A stretch of DNA of 64,000 bases from Azolla caroliniana (Eukaryota > Plantae > Polypodiophyta), in the NCBI GenBank assembly GCA_043228905.1, contig JBHGNT010000005.1, positions 16,182,001 through 16,246,000 on the forward strand, read 5' to 3'. Under the pieces are notes generated by a model. That model ran no database searches. It worked only from the letters and a program-made list of their open reading frames with translations, and was not told where the DNA came from. Numbering within the stretch: position 1 is the first letter of the stretch; every line of letters begins with the position of its first letter. The translations under genes were made by a program, and so were the position numbers. Below are positions 61,891 through 64,000 of this stretch, one piece after another.

Positions 61891-64000
61891 AGTAACCGAC
61901 GGACAAGAGCGCAAGAATACGGAATAGTATAATATTGTAACGCATGTAACGGTTCACGCGGGAAGCGTGAACGGCTAAAAGACCCTGCATATATAAAGGG
62001 CAGAAAACCTCTGATAGAGGTAGCATGTAATTTTGAATGTAAGAGGCGTATCGTAATAGAGTTCTATCTTCTCTGATATCTGTGTGTAGCTACAGCTAAT
62101 CTACTGTGTGTCTGTAACACTTGAGAGCATAGGAGTAAGTAACGGTGTGCGCGCTAGCCCACTATCAAAGGAGCTCAGTTGTAGCCGTCTCCCTTATACG
62201 TTGTCGTGTGGCGCGTGACACACGTGCCAAACGTCGGGATGTGTGCGTCACAAGCACGGACAAGCACCGAGCCTCTATCCGCTAGTGGTTATGGAGTATT
62301 GATGATGGGCGGCTGAAGTGATGCACTAATGTCATTAGAGTGAGAGAGAGTGAAAAAATAATAATAAATTGAGGAAGTTTTTAAGATAGATAGATAGATA
62401 AACGCATATCACCAATAAGAAAACTAAGTTTTCTTATTATTAATTTTCGATTTGATACATAGATTGATTCATAGATTGTTTGATTCATCCATTGATTGAT
62501 CCCCCCCCTTACACAAGCCTTACGAGGGTTTTTATAGGTCTATCCACCCTTCTAACATGCATAAAACCATGGGCTTGAACTCATGGTTTTTGGGCACACG
62601 GTTTTCGTTGTGGCATGCACAAAACCATAGGCTAAAACCATGGTTTTGTGTACACAGTTTTGTATGTTTGTTTCCTATGGAATACTAAATATGAGAAGGA
62701 AATATACAAAATCTAAAGCACTTAGTAGTAGCTTTAGTGGTAAGATAATTGCTTCCTATCTTAGAAGTGCAAGGTTCAAATCTTGCTTGCGCCTTTCTAT
62801 ATGCACTTGAATGTCATCAGACCCTGGGCTAATTTTCATATTTATAATCATGTGTATAATGTGTGTGGAGCCACACTATTTCACAATTTCTCCCATTGGA
62901 CACAGAACATCACGACAACACTACTAGGTTACGGGGAATATCCCACTAAGTATTACGCACAGACGCTACCATTCGTTGTCACACAGTCACTTGGAGGTCT
63001 AGGTCAAAGGACTGACCGTAGACTGTGTTCCTAGTCGGTAACACTTTTGGCACGCTTGGTGATATGTGTCTTCTCACAGACGAACAACGACGAATGGATG
63101 TTTAGCCGTAGATGCCCAGAGAACCAACACGACCAGACCGGCCAATCACAAGGTCCATCACACACCAGGCAGAGGAACACGCACGTCAAAAGTCTCGCCT
63201 CAACGACCTCAACACTACCTGTCAGGACCACAAAGGTGATTTCCCGCTCTCCAAATACCTCGATGATACGCGGGAAGCACGCGCACCACACCAGCACTGT
63301 GGTCTTTCCCTGCCCGCCATAGCCCCCAGCATGGCCTTTGCCTATCCCCGCTTTAATAGCGAAACCGACGCCGCAACCCACATTCGCCTGTTCCTCAATG
63401 TCTGGAATGCAAACCACATGGCGCAGAGCCTTTCTGAGGCAGTAGCGCACCAGTCCAAAATGACGGAGTTCGGGTTAACATTGGATGGGCGAGCGGTGTT
63501 TTGGCATTCACAGATGGATTTGCCAGTAATCACGACCTTCGACCAACTGCAGTCCGCCTTTTTGCGGTTCTTCCATCGGAGGGTTCCACAACGCGAAATC
63601 CTCGGACAATTCTACACAATTAAGTAGCTGCCGACCGAGACGATCGCGGATTTCAGCTTACGTTTCCAAAATTTACGGCGGAAACTAGAACGGGGCCATG
63701 CGGAGGACCAAGCTCGGGAGACATTTTTGGCGGCATTACGCCGACCTATACGAACAACGATCAACAACAATAGCGTGAAAGGGGAAATAGCCGATATGGT
63801 CATCGAACGAGCGTTATAGCTCGAGTTGGACGGTGAAGAGGAAAGGTTTTTTATGTCGTCATTACGACAAGCATTACCTCAGGACGAGGAACGACATTTT
63901 CGTCAAGCAATCCAATGCACGATTTGCTTGAATTCGGGGCATTCCGCAATGGAGTGCAACATGCGAATCCACTGCCCAATCTGTCACTCGAAGGCTCACA
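61891..64000 (+). mobile_element. 5' end of a further gypsy-type element: LTR about 61891-63043, PBS-like TGGCACGC, decayed gag
   Basis: GTAACCGAC/GTCGGTAACA inverted ends. Gag-like LTLDGRAVFW...TFDQLQSAFLRFF and knuckle CTICLNSGHSAMEC. Confidence 0.72.
62202..62917 (-). mobile_element. TGTCG...CGACA solo LTR with a tRNA-like cassette at 62729-62786 (plus)
   Basis: 7-bp inverted termini TGTCGTG/CACGACA, flanks ACGT/ACAC, minus-strand TATA CCTATAAAAA at about 62530. Cassette reads TAGCTTTAGTGG...GGTTCAAATC. Confidence 0.7.

Noticed and set aside
62321-62817. ATGCACT..AATGTCAT pair as the TSD of a SINE
   Set aside because: The match is imperfect and there is no tail. The region is better explained by the LTR at 62202-62917 with 7-bp inverted termini.

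Overview
Eukaryotic plant nuclear DNA, probably a fern (inferred from the PLS-E PPR style and moss/fern-type retroelements; not proven). Most of the window is nested, decayed retrotransposon. A small gene island at about 32.6-39.2 kb holds two head-to-head host genes: a 4-exon METTL21-like lysine methyltransferase with a GC-AG intron (minus) and a 960-aa PLS-E PPR protein (plus). Just downstream are an intact Ty1/copia element with identical 191-bp LTRs and non-canonical TG...TA ends, and a hAT-type MITE. The strongest unexplained pattern is a Ty3/gypsy group with TGTCG...CGACA LTR ends and a tRNA-Trp primer site. It makes 4-bp target duplications that are centred on CG (or deaminated CG) in 9 of 10 junctions. 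Several of its otherwise dissimilar LTRs carry tRNA-like A/B-box cassettes upstream of RY (CATGCA) motifs and a TATA box, and it includes gag-only derivatives. All coordinates were read by eye and no searches were run.
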